Notes: generated by a model not told the origin, from the sequence alone. Shown: positions 9,723 through 18,714, numbered from the stretch's first letter. The stretch: DNA of 33,282 nt from Candidatus Heimdallarchaeota archaeon (GCA_019057635.1 DXJL01000190.1:1-33282); one strand, 5' to 3'. Made by a program: numbers and translations.

Positions 9723-10169
9723 TCACCTTTTCTTTATTGGTCCAAGCTCCTTTATTTGTTCAGTAAATTCCGTAATTATTTGAGCAAAACGTTTTCCTTC
9801 TGAAGCAGATATCCATTCTAAGCGTAATCTATCAGTCTCCCAACCTAGAATATCAAACGCTTCCTGCGTATTTTTTACCCGAACTTCAGTACTCAAGTTT
9901 CCTTCAAGATAATGGCAGTCCCCTGGATGACAACCCGCGACTAGGACACCATCAGCTCCTTTCAGGAATGCTTTCATAATAAATGCTGGATCGACTCGTC
10001 CAGAACACATCACACGAACAATGCGGATATTTGTAGGATATTTTAACCGAGATACTCCAGCTAAATCTGCACCGGCATATGAACACCAATTACAGGCAAA
10101 AACAATTATTGTTGGTTCATATGGTTCTTCCAATAACTCAGTTTGTATTTTAGAATTTGTCTCAGTCAT
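9723..10169 (-). CDS. mvhD: MvhD [2Fe-2S] subunit
   Basis: FACNWCSYAGADLAG, RVMCSGR, GCHPGDCHY, WISASEG. Confidence 0.95.
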   Translation of the reverse strand: MTETNSKIQTELLEEPYEPTIIVFACNWCSYAGADLAGVSRLKYPTNIRIVRVMCSGRVDPAFIMKAFLKGADGVLVAGCHPGDCHYLEGNLSTEVRVKNTQEAFDILGWETDRLRLEWISASEGKRFAQIITEFTEQIKELGPIKKR

Positions 10170-10186
10170 TTTTTCTCACCACTTTA

Positions 10187-13100
10187 CTATGGGGCCTCCA
10201 CAGATGGTTGTTCATTTTCTCCACCAGTTGGTTCTGATTTCAAAAGGATGGCATCAACTTGAGCTTCAATTGTTTCATTCTGGAAATGACTGATAATGAT
10301 CGCGCTCACAGGACATATAACAACGCACAGTCCGCACCCTTTACATACCCCAGGATTAACAAAGGCCTTTACGGTTTTTATTGTCTTTGTTTCTAATTTA
10401 ATCTCCTTTTCGTGGAGTTCTATCGCTTTGTAAGGACAAATTTCTTCACACCTACCACATCCACGACACATTTCTTCTTTAACTACAGAAATCGCACCTT
10501 CTGATAGTAGGTAACCAGGAGCCAATAATGCCATCACTCGTGCCGCTGCTCCACTTGCTTGGTAAATGCTCTCATGAGTGAATTTCGGATACTGAGCAGT
10601 ACCTGCAAGGAAAACACCATCTGTAGCGAAATCTATTGGCCGTAATTTTACATGCGCTTCAAGGAAGAATTTATCTCCTCCTATCGGTACTTTAAACAAC
10701 TGACTTAGCTCTTCATTTGGTTTTGGAACTAAGGGGGTACTAAGGAGAATCAAATCAGGGCTAGTAATTTGTAGTAATTCCCCCAATGTAATATCAAACA
10801 CTTCAACTGATCCGTCTGAATGTACAATAGGCTTGTTATCATCATTATAACCAATATAAACTGTTCCAAGCTGTCTTGATTTCAGGTATAGCTCTTCAAG
10901 ATCCCCATAAGTTCGGATATCTTTGTAAAGAATAAATACATTCGCATCTGGATTGCGTTCTTTTATCCGAATGCTATTCTTGACTGCAGTTGTACAACAA
11001 ATTCTTGAACAGTACGTCCTAGGGGCTTCATCTTCTCTTGAACCAACACACTGAATCATAACAACCGTTTTTGGATCGGTTTCGTTAAATTGTTGTTCGA
11101 ATTCTCTCTGGGTCATTACTCTTGAGTCAACGCCATATTGATAATATCCTTCTGGAGTAAAAGGTTCAGCTCCAGTAGCTAGTACTGCAGCTCCAAATTT
11201 AATTTCTTGGCTGTTTACCACACCAGTGAAATTACCAACAGCTCCACTAAGGCTCTCAAGATTTGCTCCTGTATAAAGGGTAATATTTTCTTCCTCATTT
11301 ACTTGTTTTACTAGATCTTCAACTATCATTTCACCTTGGAGCTCATTATGAAGGCGTGGAATTTTTAATAGTTCTCCTCCTAGTTGATCTTCCTTTTCAA
11401 TTAGATAAACTGGATAACCTCCTCTTGCAATATCCAAAGCACAAGTCATTCCAGCGACCCCGCCACCAACAACCACAGCTTTCTGTTCGATGGGGATTTT
11501 TTCCTTCAATAGAGGCTCAAGACGACATGTACGAGCAATTGCTCCCCGAAGCATATCTTTGGCTTTTTCAGTTGCTTGACCTTTTTCATGAGGATGAACC
11601 CAAGAAATGTGTTCACGAAGATTGGTCAATTCAAATAAAAATTCATTTAATCCTGCTTCTTTGAGAGTGCTTCTAAATAATGGTTCATGTGTTCTAGGTG
11701 TGCATGAGGCTACTATAATCCTATTTAAATTATGCTCTTTTATTTTCTCTTTGATTAGAAGCTGTGTATCAGCTGCGCATGCATACATTGGATCGTCAGA
11801 AAATTTAACATTAGGAAAAGTTTTCGCATATTCTGTAACTTTTTTAACATCCACTACTGAAGCAATATTGTGTCCACAATGGCATACAAATACACCAATG
11901 CGAGATTCATCAGTAGGATCCACATTAATTGCACGGGGGTATTTTTTCTCCTCAATTTCTGACCCCCGGACATCTTTCAACAAGATTGCAGCCTTCCCAG
12001 CAGCTCCACTTGCCTGAGCAACCGTATCAGGGATATCTTTAGGACCTGAAGCAACACCACATACATAAACCCCTGGTACACTGGTTTCAATAGGTTTAAT
12101 GGGATCTGTTTTGACAAATCCATTGTGATCCAGCTCGAGATGGAGTCGTTCTTGTAAGAACTCTGTTTGAGAACTAGGATCCATCCCAGTAGAAAGTATT
12201 ACCATATCCATTTCTGCAGTAACTATAGAAGGGGAATCCATAAACTGTTCGTATTTTAATAATAGATTATGAGTTTCTGGATTTTCTTCAATCTCGTAGG
12301 CACGTGAATTGATGAATTTAATATCGAATTCATTAATCGCTCTTTTATAGAACTCTTCAAATCCTTTCCCAAAAGCTCGGATATCCATATAGAAAATATA
12401 AGCTTCTACATCAGGATCATGTTCTTTAGCCATAATGGCTTCTTTTATTGCATACATACAACAGGCTGCAGAACAATATTCTTTATTAATTGATAAATCA
12501 CGTGACCCAATACATTGAAGGAAGGCAATCTTCTTCGGATGTTTTCCATCTGATCGACGAACAACTTCCCCTTCTGTTGGGCCTGATGCATTAAGAAGTC
12601 GTTCGAACTGTAACGTTGTAAAAACATTGGGATAGTCCCCAAAATGAAGTCTGTCAATCTCTTTGGCATCAAAAGGATCAAAACCTGTTGTAGTTATCAC
12701 TGCACCAACATTGATTGAACATTCTTCGTCCTTTTGAGTGTAATCTATTGCTCCAGCGTCACATTTTTTCTCACAGATCCTGCATTTTCCTTCTTGAAAA
12801 TATCTACAGGTATCTGGTTGAAGATATGCAACTTTAGGAACGGCTTGGGGAAAAGGAATAGAGATATTCTTTCTTCCAGCTTTTTCTCTTCCTTTCTTAT
12901 CTTTCGTAGTTAAGCCTTCATTGAAATCATCCTCAACCCAAACTGGACACTTTTCCTCACAGATTCCACAACCAGTACACAGTTCTTCGTCCACGTACCG
13001 TGCCTTTTTAATATATTTTAAGGTGAAATTTCCTTCCGATCCTTGTAAATCTACAGGGTCACAATAGGATAAGAGTTCAATATTGGGATGTCTTTCTGTA

Positions 13101-13306
13101 TCGACAAGTTTTGGACCCAAGATACACATAGCACAATCAAGAGTTGGGAAAGTTTTGTCAAGCTGAACCATTCTCCCACCAATGCTTGGATTGCTTTCCA
13201 ATAAATATACTTTAAACCCTTGATCCGCTAAATCTAGTGAAGATTGTATACCTGCTATTCCACCACCAATTATGGCAACTGATCCGATTTTTTTTGCTTC
13301 TGTCAT
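10187..13306 (-). CDS. hdrA: Large HdrA with two tandem FAD modules
   Basis: Two Rossmann motifs (IGGGIAG, VGGGVAG), LDKTFPTLDCAMC, two CxGSR...CSxxCC motifs, an internal VFVCHCG/SCTP domain and terminal ferredoxins. Confidence 0.93.
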   Translation of the reverse strand: MTEAKKIGSVAIIGGGIAGIQSSLDLADQGFKVYLLESNPSIGGRMVQLDKTFPTLDCAMCILGPKLVDTERHPNIELLSYCDPVDLQGSEGNFTLKYIKKARYVDEELCTGCGICEEKCPVWVEDDFNEGLTTKDKKGREKAGRKNISIPFPQAVPKVAYLQPDTCRYFQEGKCRICEKKCDAGAIDYTQKDEECSINVGAVITTTGFDPFDAKEIDRLHFGDYPNVFTTLQFERLLNASGPTEGEVVRRSDGKHPKKIAFLQCIGSRDLSINKEYCSAACCMYAIKEAIMAKEHDPDVEAYIFYMDIRAFGKGFEEFYKRAINEFDIKFINSRAYEIEENPETHNLLLKYEQFMDSPSIVTAEMDMVILSTGMDPSSQTEFLQERLHLELDHNGFVKTDPIKPIETSVPGVYVCGVASGPKDIPDTVAQASGAAGKAAILLKDVRGSEIEEKKYPRAINVDPTDESRIGVFVCHCGHNIASVVDVKKVTEYAKTFPNVKFSDDPMYACAADTQLLIKEKIKEHNLNRIIVASCTPRTHEPLFRSTLKEAGLNEFLFELTNLREHISWVHPHEKGQATEKAKDMLRGAIARTCRLEPLLKEKIPIEQKAVVVGGGVAGMTCALDIARGGYPVYLIEKEDQLGGELLKIPRLHNELQGEMIVEDLVKQVNEEENITLYTGANLESLSGAVGNFTGVVNSQEIKFGAAVLATGAEPFTPEGYYQYGVDSRVMTQREFEQQFNETDPKTVVMIQCVGSREDEAPRTYCSRICCTTAVKNSIRIKERNPDANVFILYKDIRTYGDLEELYLKSRQLGTVYIGYNDDNKPIVHSDGSVEVFDITLGELLQITSPDLILLSTPLVPKPNEELSQLFKVPIGGDKFFLEAHVKLRPIDFATDGVFLAGTAQYPKFTHESIYQASGAAARVMALLAPGYLLSEGAISVVKEEMCRGCGRCEEICPYKAIELHEKEIKLETKTIKTVKAFVNPGVCKGCGLCVVICPVSAIIISHFQNETIEAQVDAILLKSEPTGGENEQPSVEAP

Positions 13307-13321
13307 TTTTCTTCCTCACAA

Positions 13322-14461
13322 TTATGATTTACTAGATGATGTTTCGTCCACTATCATCCCAATCTCCTTCACTTTAATCTGAAAGTTATGTTGTGGTTTC
13401 CTATCCTCCAATACACAATTCAGATGTGCGAAACATTTTGTACATCCAACTGCAAGGGTACCCTCATTTCCCACAGCTTGGGCAGTTTCTTCTAACTTTC
13501 GTAACATTATGGCACGTGAATTATCATCACATTTAAGCCATGCTGAGACACCACAACATTTGGTGAATTGTTTGTTCAATGTAAATTCCTTTATATTCGC
13601 ACCAGTTGCTTTTAATACGTTTCTTGGTGTGTCATATTCCTTCATAAATCGCCCTAGTCGACATGCATCATGATAAGCTAAATCGTAAGTTTCTCCCTTG
13701 AACCCTAGCTTCTCCTTATTCTCATCAATGAATTGAGAGATATGTTGAACTCTTACATCAAGATCGTATAATTTCTCAAAGGTATAGTAACACTCAGCAC
13801 AAGAAACAACAAGGGTTGAAATCCCAGAGCTTTTTATAAATTGGGTATTATATTCACGAACTTGATCATAAGCACCTTCATCACCAGTCCAATACGCATC
13901 GTGGCCACAACACTTTAGTGATATAAGGTTGGGGCTTATTCCAACTTTGTTCATTATATTAATTGCACTTTGGCCAATTTGATGAAAATCGGTTTCTTTA
14001 AGATCTAAGAACCGATCAAATAGGTCGATACATCCTGGGAAATACGCGATATTCGATGTAGGATCTGTTTTCCCCTGAAAATCAAATTTCATTCCTGATT
14101 CGGTCATTTCTCCCATGAAAATTTGTATAAGATTGAAGATATTATGATGGGCGAAGTTGTCATCGCTAATACCAACGTTTTTTCTAGATAAACGAATGAA
14201 TTCGGGGAAATCGACCTCTTGAGGACAAACTTCCAAACAAAGGCTGCATGTTAAGCAGGAAGTTAAATCCTCCTCGGATACAGGTGTATCCATTTTGAAT
14301 TTGTGAATGATTTTTCTTGGGTTAAATTTAGAGACTCTACGCAATGGACACACACTGGTACATGACGAACATTGATAGCAGGCACTCAGCATGGTTTTTA
14401 ATTCGGACTTACTAAGATTTACTGCCGCGTATATTGGAGATTGATCTGAAATCACCATCAT
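13322..14461 (-). CDS. HdrD-like Fe-S oxidoreductase (2x[4Fe-4S] plus two CCG domains)
   Basis: CYQCSSCTSVCP, CLTCSLCLEVCP, YFPGC...CCG...CAEC, YHDAC...CCG...CTKC. Confidence 0.88.
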   Translation of the reverse strand: MMVISDQSPIYAAVNLSKSELKTMLSACYQCSSCTSVCPLRRVSKFNPRKIIHKFKMDTPVSEEDLTSCLTCSLCLEVCPQEVDFPEFIRLSRKNVGISDDNFAHHNIFNLIQIFMGEMTESGMKFDFQGKTDPTSNIAYFPGCIDLFDRFLDLKETDFHQIGQSAINIMNKVGISPNLISLKCCGHDAYWTGDEGAYDQVREYNTQFIKSSGISTLVVSCAECYYTFEKLYDLDVRVQHISQFIDENKEKLGFKGETYDLAYHDACRLGRFMKEYDTPRNVLKATGANIKEFTLNKQFTKCCGVSAWLKCDDNSRAIMLRKLEETAQAVGNEGTLAVGCTKCFAHLNCVLEDRKPQHNFQIKVKEIGMIVDETSSSKS

Positions 14462-14571
14462 TCTTGCCCTCTTGGGTTTTTACAGGTTTAATAGATATTT
14501 GGGAGAAACATCAAAACAATCTAGTCCTAATGTAGGCTAGCACAAATTGTTGACGGATATCATTAATAACC

Positions 14572-14600
14572 TTAAAAATTCTTTTGTGAACGATTGTTCA
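14572..14600 (-). promoter_or_regulatory. Putative TATA-like box plus palindromic operator (TGAACAATCGTTCA) of the second hdr operon
   Basis: Near-palindrome at 14587-14600 and minus-strand TTTTTAAG at 14579-14572. Same arrangement as at 5964-5994. Confidence 0.45.
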
Positions 14601-14755
14601 GCAATCACATATATTCTTTTATTAATAATCGTTTTATAGCCTCTACGTAACCTTTTCCATAACAATAGCAAAGAATGCATAAATTAAAAAATGTTTTAAG
14701 CATATAATCTCATCAGGTCATATTATTATTAGTTTTTGAAATGAAGTGTTAAATT

Positions 14756-15142
14756 ATGTCCTATAAAGTTGACGATTCCTGTAAATACTATAAAGAACAT
14801 CAATGGGTTAGAGTAGAAGATGATGGTACTTGCTTAATCGGAATCTCTGATTTTGCCCAACAATCACTAAAAGATGTTGTCATGGTAGAACTCCCAGAAG
14901 TAGGAGACACAGTTACACAAGGTGAAGTGTTTACTTCTGTAGAAAGCGTGAAAGCTGTTAGTGATGTTTTCAGCCCTATATCTGGAGAAATTGCTGAAGT
15001 TAACGAGGATTTAGAAGATGCTCCTGAAAATGTGAATGAAGACCCTTTCGGATCATGGCTAGTGAGAGTTAAACCTTCCAATCTCGATGCTGATTTAGCA
15101 AATTTAATGAGTCCTGCAGAATACGAGAATTTTTGTGCATAA
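14756..15142 (+). CDS. gcvH: Glycine cleavage H-type lipoyl carrier protein
   Basis: EHQWV, IGISDFAQ, lipoylation motif VESVKAVSD, SPISG, VNEDPFGSWL. Confidence 0.95.
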   Translation: MSYKVDDSCKYYKEHQWVRVEDDGTCLIGISDFAQQSLKDVVMVELPEVGDTVTQGEVFTSVESVKAVSDVFSPISGEIAEVNEDLEDAPENVNEDPFGSWLVRVKPSNLDADLANLMSPAEYENFCA

Positions 15143-15165
15143 CCCTGAAGTCTTCTTATTTTAAC

Positions 15166-15210
15166 ATTCATTCCTAAGGAGTATTTCATCCTTAGGTGAA
15201 TCCCTTTTTT
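15166..15210 (+). terminator. Hairpin plus T-tract between convergent gcvH and ccmB
   Basis: CCTAAGGA (15173-15180) pairs with TCCTTAGG (15189-15196), extendable by ATTCA/TGAAT, followed by CCCTTTTTT. Confidence 0.6.
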
Positions 15211-15229
15211 CTATGGTTCTTTTAAATTC

Positions 15230-15919
15230 CTATTCTGAAATTAAATCCTCCACCAATAGTAGAGTTAATACTGAAATAATAACTGCATGGAGGAATAGGA
15301 TTAATGCATTGGTAATCACTGCAGTAGGATCGTAATAAAATGTCAAATTTCTTGTAGCATCCGCAGCAATAATTATCGAGGGAAGAATCAGTGGGAAAAA
15401 GAGTATCGGGATTGCCAAAGTCTTTGACTTCGCATAAATAGTTAATAAAGAAACAACGCATCCTGCAACAGCAAGATCTAATGTCCCAAAAATTAATACA
15501 AAGATAAAAAGTAATAGGCTTCCTTGAATGGAGATGTTCAAAAATACGATTGCCACAATAAATGCAAAAATCTCTACAACACCTACAATTACAAGTAGAT
15601 AGAAAAGTTTGGCTAAAAAGATTGCTTGGGGTTTTACAGGCAAAGAAAGTAGAGAGTAAATTGAATTTTTCTGGGTTTCTCTTGAAAACATAGAATTTAA
15701 ACCTAACATAATTGTAAAGGTAACGATGAACCACATTGCAGCTGTTGAGATCGTATATTGAGCTTCAAGTGTGATATTTTCAATGAGGTTGAATAACGAC
15801 GAAAAAATCAATACAGCGGCAAAAGAGAATAATCCCATTGCAAAAAGAGTCTCCCTTGTTCGAAATTCTAGAACTAGATCTTTTTTCATCATATTAAATG
15901 TATCGCTTAGTATTGACAT
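15230..15919 (-). CDS. ccmB: Heme exporter permease CcmB
   Basis: KKDLVLEFRT, F.RE....S...L, IFLAK, PILFFPLILP motifs, six TM helices, directly follows ccmA. Confidence 0.88.
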   Translation of the reverse strand: MSILSDTFNMMKKDLVLEFRTRETLFAMGLFSFAAVLIFSSLFNLIENITLEAQYTISTAAMWFIVTFTIMLGLNSMFSRETQKNSIYSLLSLPVKPQAIFLAKLFYLLVIVGVVEIFAFIVAIVFLNISIQGSLLLFIFVLIFGTLDLAVAGCVVSLLTIYAKSKTLAIPILFFPLILPSIIIAADATRNLTFYYDPTAVITNALILFLHAVIISVLTLLLVEDLISE

Positions 15920-15954
15920 CTCAAATCATCAGTTTCATTTATTTAAAGCTTTAA

Positions 15955-16674
15955 CTATAGAAATTGATCATATTCATTCGGAAGATAGGATCGACTAATC
16001 CTCCCCTTCTCTAAATAATAAACACGACTACATAACTGGGCGATTGCGTTAAAATCATGGGAACAAATGATAACTGTTTTATTAGGAGGATGATCTTTAA
16101 TTATCGTATGTAACATTTTCCTATTCTCTACATCCAATCCACTAAAGGGTTCATCAAGTAATAGCACTTTCGGAAGAGTAGGATATGAAACACGAAGAAT
16201 TTCTAGTTTCTTTGCCATTCCTGTTGAATATTCTCTTACTGGTCGATCTATATACAGTTTAAGATTGAACTGTTTAACAATTTCTTTAACAGTCTGTTTG
16301 GGATTACTAATCCTTTTATTCATTTTGAAATAGTATTCCAAGTTCTCTCTCCCAGTGAGATCATCAAACAAGAACGCTTGGCTTAATAAAACTTCCATAT
16401 CCTTCTTTAGAACAGCTTTGCGATCTTTAACATCTACTCCGCTGAATTCCATTTTCCCCGAGGATGGTGATACAAGCAAAGCAATAATTTTGAGTAATGT
16501 ACTCTTTCCAGCACCATTATTTCCAATTAGACCGATTGTTTCTCCCATTTTAATAGCTAAGCTTATATTTTTAAGCGCGGCTGTAAATCCATAAGTTTTG
16601 CTTATTTTTGATAAGTTCACAACAGTATTGTCAGCTTGTTGGTTTGTTACCATTTCCAGTTCCTTTGGGTCCAA
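15955..16674 (-). CDS. ccmA: Heme exporter ABC ATPase CcmA
   Basis: Walker A GNNGAGKST, signature-like YSTGM, Walker B LLLDEPF, SHD. Lies between ccmC/D and ccmB. Alternative start at the ATG at 16653. Confidence 0.85.
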   Translation of the reverse strand: MDPKELEMVTNQQADNTVVNLSKISKTYGFTAALKNISLAIKMGETIGLIGNNGAGKSTLLKIIALLVSPSSGKMEFSGVDVKDRKAVLKKDMEVLLSQAFLFDDLTGRENLEYYFKMNKRISNPKQTVKEIVKQFNLKLYIDRPVREYSTGMAKKLEILRVSYPTLPKVLLLDEPFSGLDVENRKMLHTIIKDHPPNKTVIICSHDFNAIAQLCSRVYYLEKGRISRSYLPNEYDQFL

Positions 16675-16719
16675 TATCCATGAAAAATGTGAAGATCTGA
16701 TTCAGAAGGAGAGAATTAT

Positions 16720-16875
16720 TCACTCTTCTTTTAGACTTTCAAGCTCCATTTCTAATTTCTTTACTCGATTGTTGGTATAATAAAGGTAAACGAAAATTAT
16801 CAACCAAACTGTTATCGAAATGAAAAACATCAAACTTAACTCTGATCCTAATAGTTCATCAAAAATATCTGCCAT
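16720..16875 (-). CDS. CcmD-like 51-aa single-TM protein (not in the ORF track)
   Basis: GGAGG RBS, then MADIFDELLGSELSLMFFISITVWLIIFVYLYYTNNRVKKLEMELESLKEE*: one TM helix plus a charged coiled tail, directly after ccmC. Confidence 0.8.
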   Translation of the reverse strand: MADIFDELLGSELSLMFFISITVWLIIFVYLYYTNNRVKKLEMELESLKEE

Positions 16876-16907
16876 TGTGATTCCTCCGATTAATCAATTG
16901 ATTATAA

Positions 16908-17609
16908 TTAAGCTTCCTCCATTTTTATCCTTCTGATCCTTTTTAATTCGAAATCGATTGTATTTATTCGATATGCCTGGTAAATCAGATACAATGCAAA
17001 TCCCCCAATAAAGACGAAATTTATCATTAAAAACATTCCAGCTCCCGTGCTATACGAAGTTTCTTGAGGGTTTGGGTGTATTATTCCAACTATGAAATAG
17101 GAAAGGGGAACAGAGGAAAATGCAAGTATTCCAAAAATTGCAGATATTGTTGCCCTCCTTTCATGATTATCCACTTCCAACATGTCACGAAAGATAAGTA
17201 ACCCAACGTAAACAAGCCACATAACAAGTGTTATGGTTTCACGAGGATTCCAATCCCAAAAAGCTCCCCATTCTACTTTTGCCCATATCATTCCTATTAT
17301 TATTGTAATTCCTCCCAGAACTACTCCCACTTGAGCGCTTGATAATAAAATAAGGTCAAGCTTCTGATCTTTTCTCCAGATTAAATAAAGAATTCCACAG
17401 ACAAGTGTAATTCCAAAGCATACATAGGTCGAAAAAGCAAAAGGAACCATCAAAAATATAGGATGACCACTTACTGTAAAACCTTGAAAGGGTTTAATTA
17501 AGATGAACACGATATAGTAATTAATAATCATAAAGCCAGTGAGAAGCATCAAAATAATCCATTTTTCGTATTTTCGTATGTTTTCGGGCAACAAGAACAT
17601 GTCTTCCAT
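16908..17609 (-). CDS. ccmC: Heme-handling protein CcmC (WWD family)
   Basis: GMIWAKVEWGAFWDWNPRET (WWD motif), six TM helices, VPL...IIHP. In an operon with ccmA/B. Confidence 0.88.
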   Translation of the reverse strand: MEDMFLLPENIRKYEKWIILMLLTGFMIINYYIVFILIKPFQGFTVSGHPIFLMVPFAFSTYVCFGITLVCGILYLIWRKDQKLDLILLSSAQVGVVLGGITIIIGMIWAKVEWGAFWDWNPRETITLVMWLVYVGLLIFRDMLEVDNHERRATISAIFGILAFSSVPLSYFIVGIIHPNPQETSYSTGAGMFLMINFVFIGGFALYLIYQAYRINTIDFELKRIRRIKMEEA

Positions 17610-18030
17610 TTATATTAATTCTGACACAATATTTGGTTTTTAAATCCACAAAAGATCTATTTCTTCGAGTTCAAAGAATCCTACTAGTACTTTTGTAAAT
17701 CTTTCTTGTTAGATACCTCAATCAATAATTTAGCATTTCACAATTGTAAACATTGTAGATAGAGAGAATTATAACTAAAATCGGAATAAAGTTCATTCCA
17801 TCGAAGAAAAGTATACCTTACAACCCTGTTACCTAATAGTAACCTTCTCATATAATTCTCCTCAAGTTTACAATACATTAATTTTATGTATATGAAATAG
17901 ATTAAAAACTTAAAAACCATTATTAGTTATTATATCATAGTAGACATAATTGGTGTTTTTTTTTATCAATCAGTGTCTATTAATTTACGCGTTTATATTA
18001 TTTCAAATAAAAATAAAGGATCACTTAAAT

Positions 18031-18714
18031 TTGGAAACAGAATCAACTGTCTCTTCAAAAGATAAGATATTGCAGTATTTATTACTCAGTGGGTCTACGA
18101 GCGATGAATCTTGTACTGTAAAGGAAATTGCTGATCATCTCGATATCAGTATTAATGCCACTCGTCAGTATCTGATAGTAATGGAAAAAGAAGGCTTGGT
18201 TATACGTACAACCCAGAAGAGTACAACAGGACGACCTGCAATTCTTTATTCATTACATCCAGACGCAATCGAGGAATTTCCTAAACAATACAGGGATTTT
18301 TCAATTAAATTACTTGCAGAAGTCCAAGATAAAATTGGTAATGAAGCAACAATAGAACTTCTTAGAGAAGTAGGTAAACAAATTGCTGAAGAAATAATAC
18401 CGTATGTTAGAGAAAACATTGAACCAGGGGGATCTTATGGTTCTTTGAGGGATAGATTACATAGCGTAGTCAAAGTGTATCATAATTATGGCAAATTCCC
18501 TGAATTATTAGAGGATGACATCTCTTTTGCCCTAAAAAATTATAATTGTCTAATATTTGGAGTAGCAAAAGAAAATGCTTTAGCCTGTCAAGTAGATGAA
18601 ACAATCGTAAGTGAATTGATTGGAGCTCCCGCTTCTAAGGAAAAATGCATACGCAACGGCGACGAATGCTGCTTATATCGAATTAAAAAAGATAATTTTA
18701 AAGGTAATGACTAA
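18031..18714 (+). CDS. ArsR-type HTH regulator with C-terminal Cys motif (SufR-like)
   Basis: HTH TVKEIADHLDISINATRQYL..MEKEGLV, wing GRPAILYSL, FPKQY, and C-x12-C-x27-C. Likely start is the TTG at 18031 after AAGGA; the ORF track start is 17950. Confidence 0.85.
   Translation: METESTVSSKDKILQYLLLSGSTSDESCTVKEIADHLDISINATRQYLIVMEKEGLVIRTTQKSTTGRPAILYSLHPDAIEEFPKQYRDFSIKLLAEVQDKIGNEATIELLREVGKQIAEEIIPYVRENIEPGGSYGSLRDRLHSVVKVYHNYGKFPELLEDDISFALKNYNCLIFGVAKENALACQVDETIVSELIGAPASKEKCIRNGDECCLYRIKKDNFKGND

Noticed and set aside
14583-14603. Rex box (TTGTGAA half-site)
   Set aside because: The spacer and right half do not fit TTGTGAA-N4-TTCACAA. It is kept only as the AAC-N4-GTT motif.
17738-17920. 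60-aa minus-strand ORF upstream of ccmC (possible ccmE?)
   Set aside because: It has no CcmE HxxxY/CxxxY motif, shows AT-rich intergenic composition and has no clear RBS.
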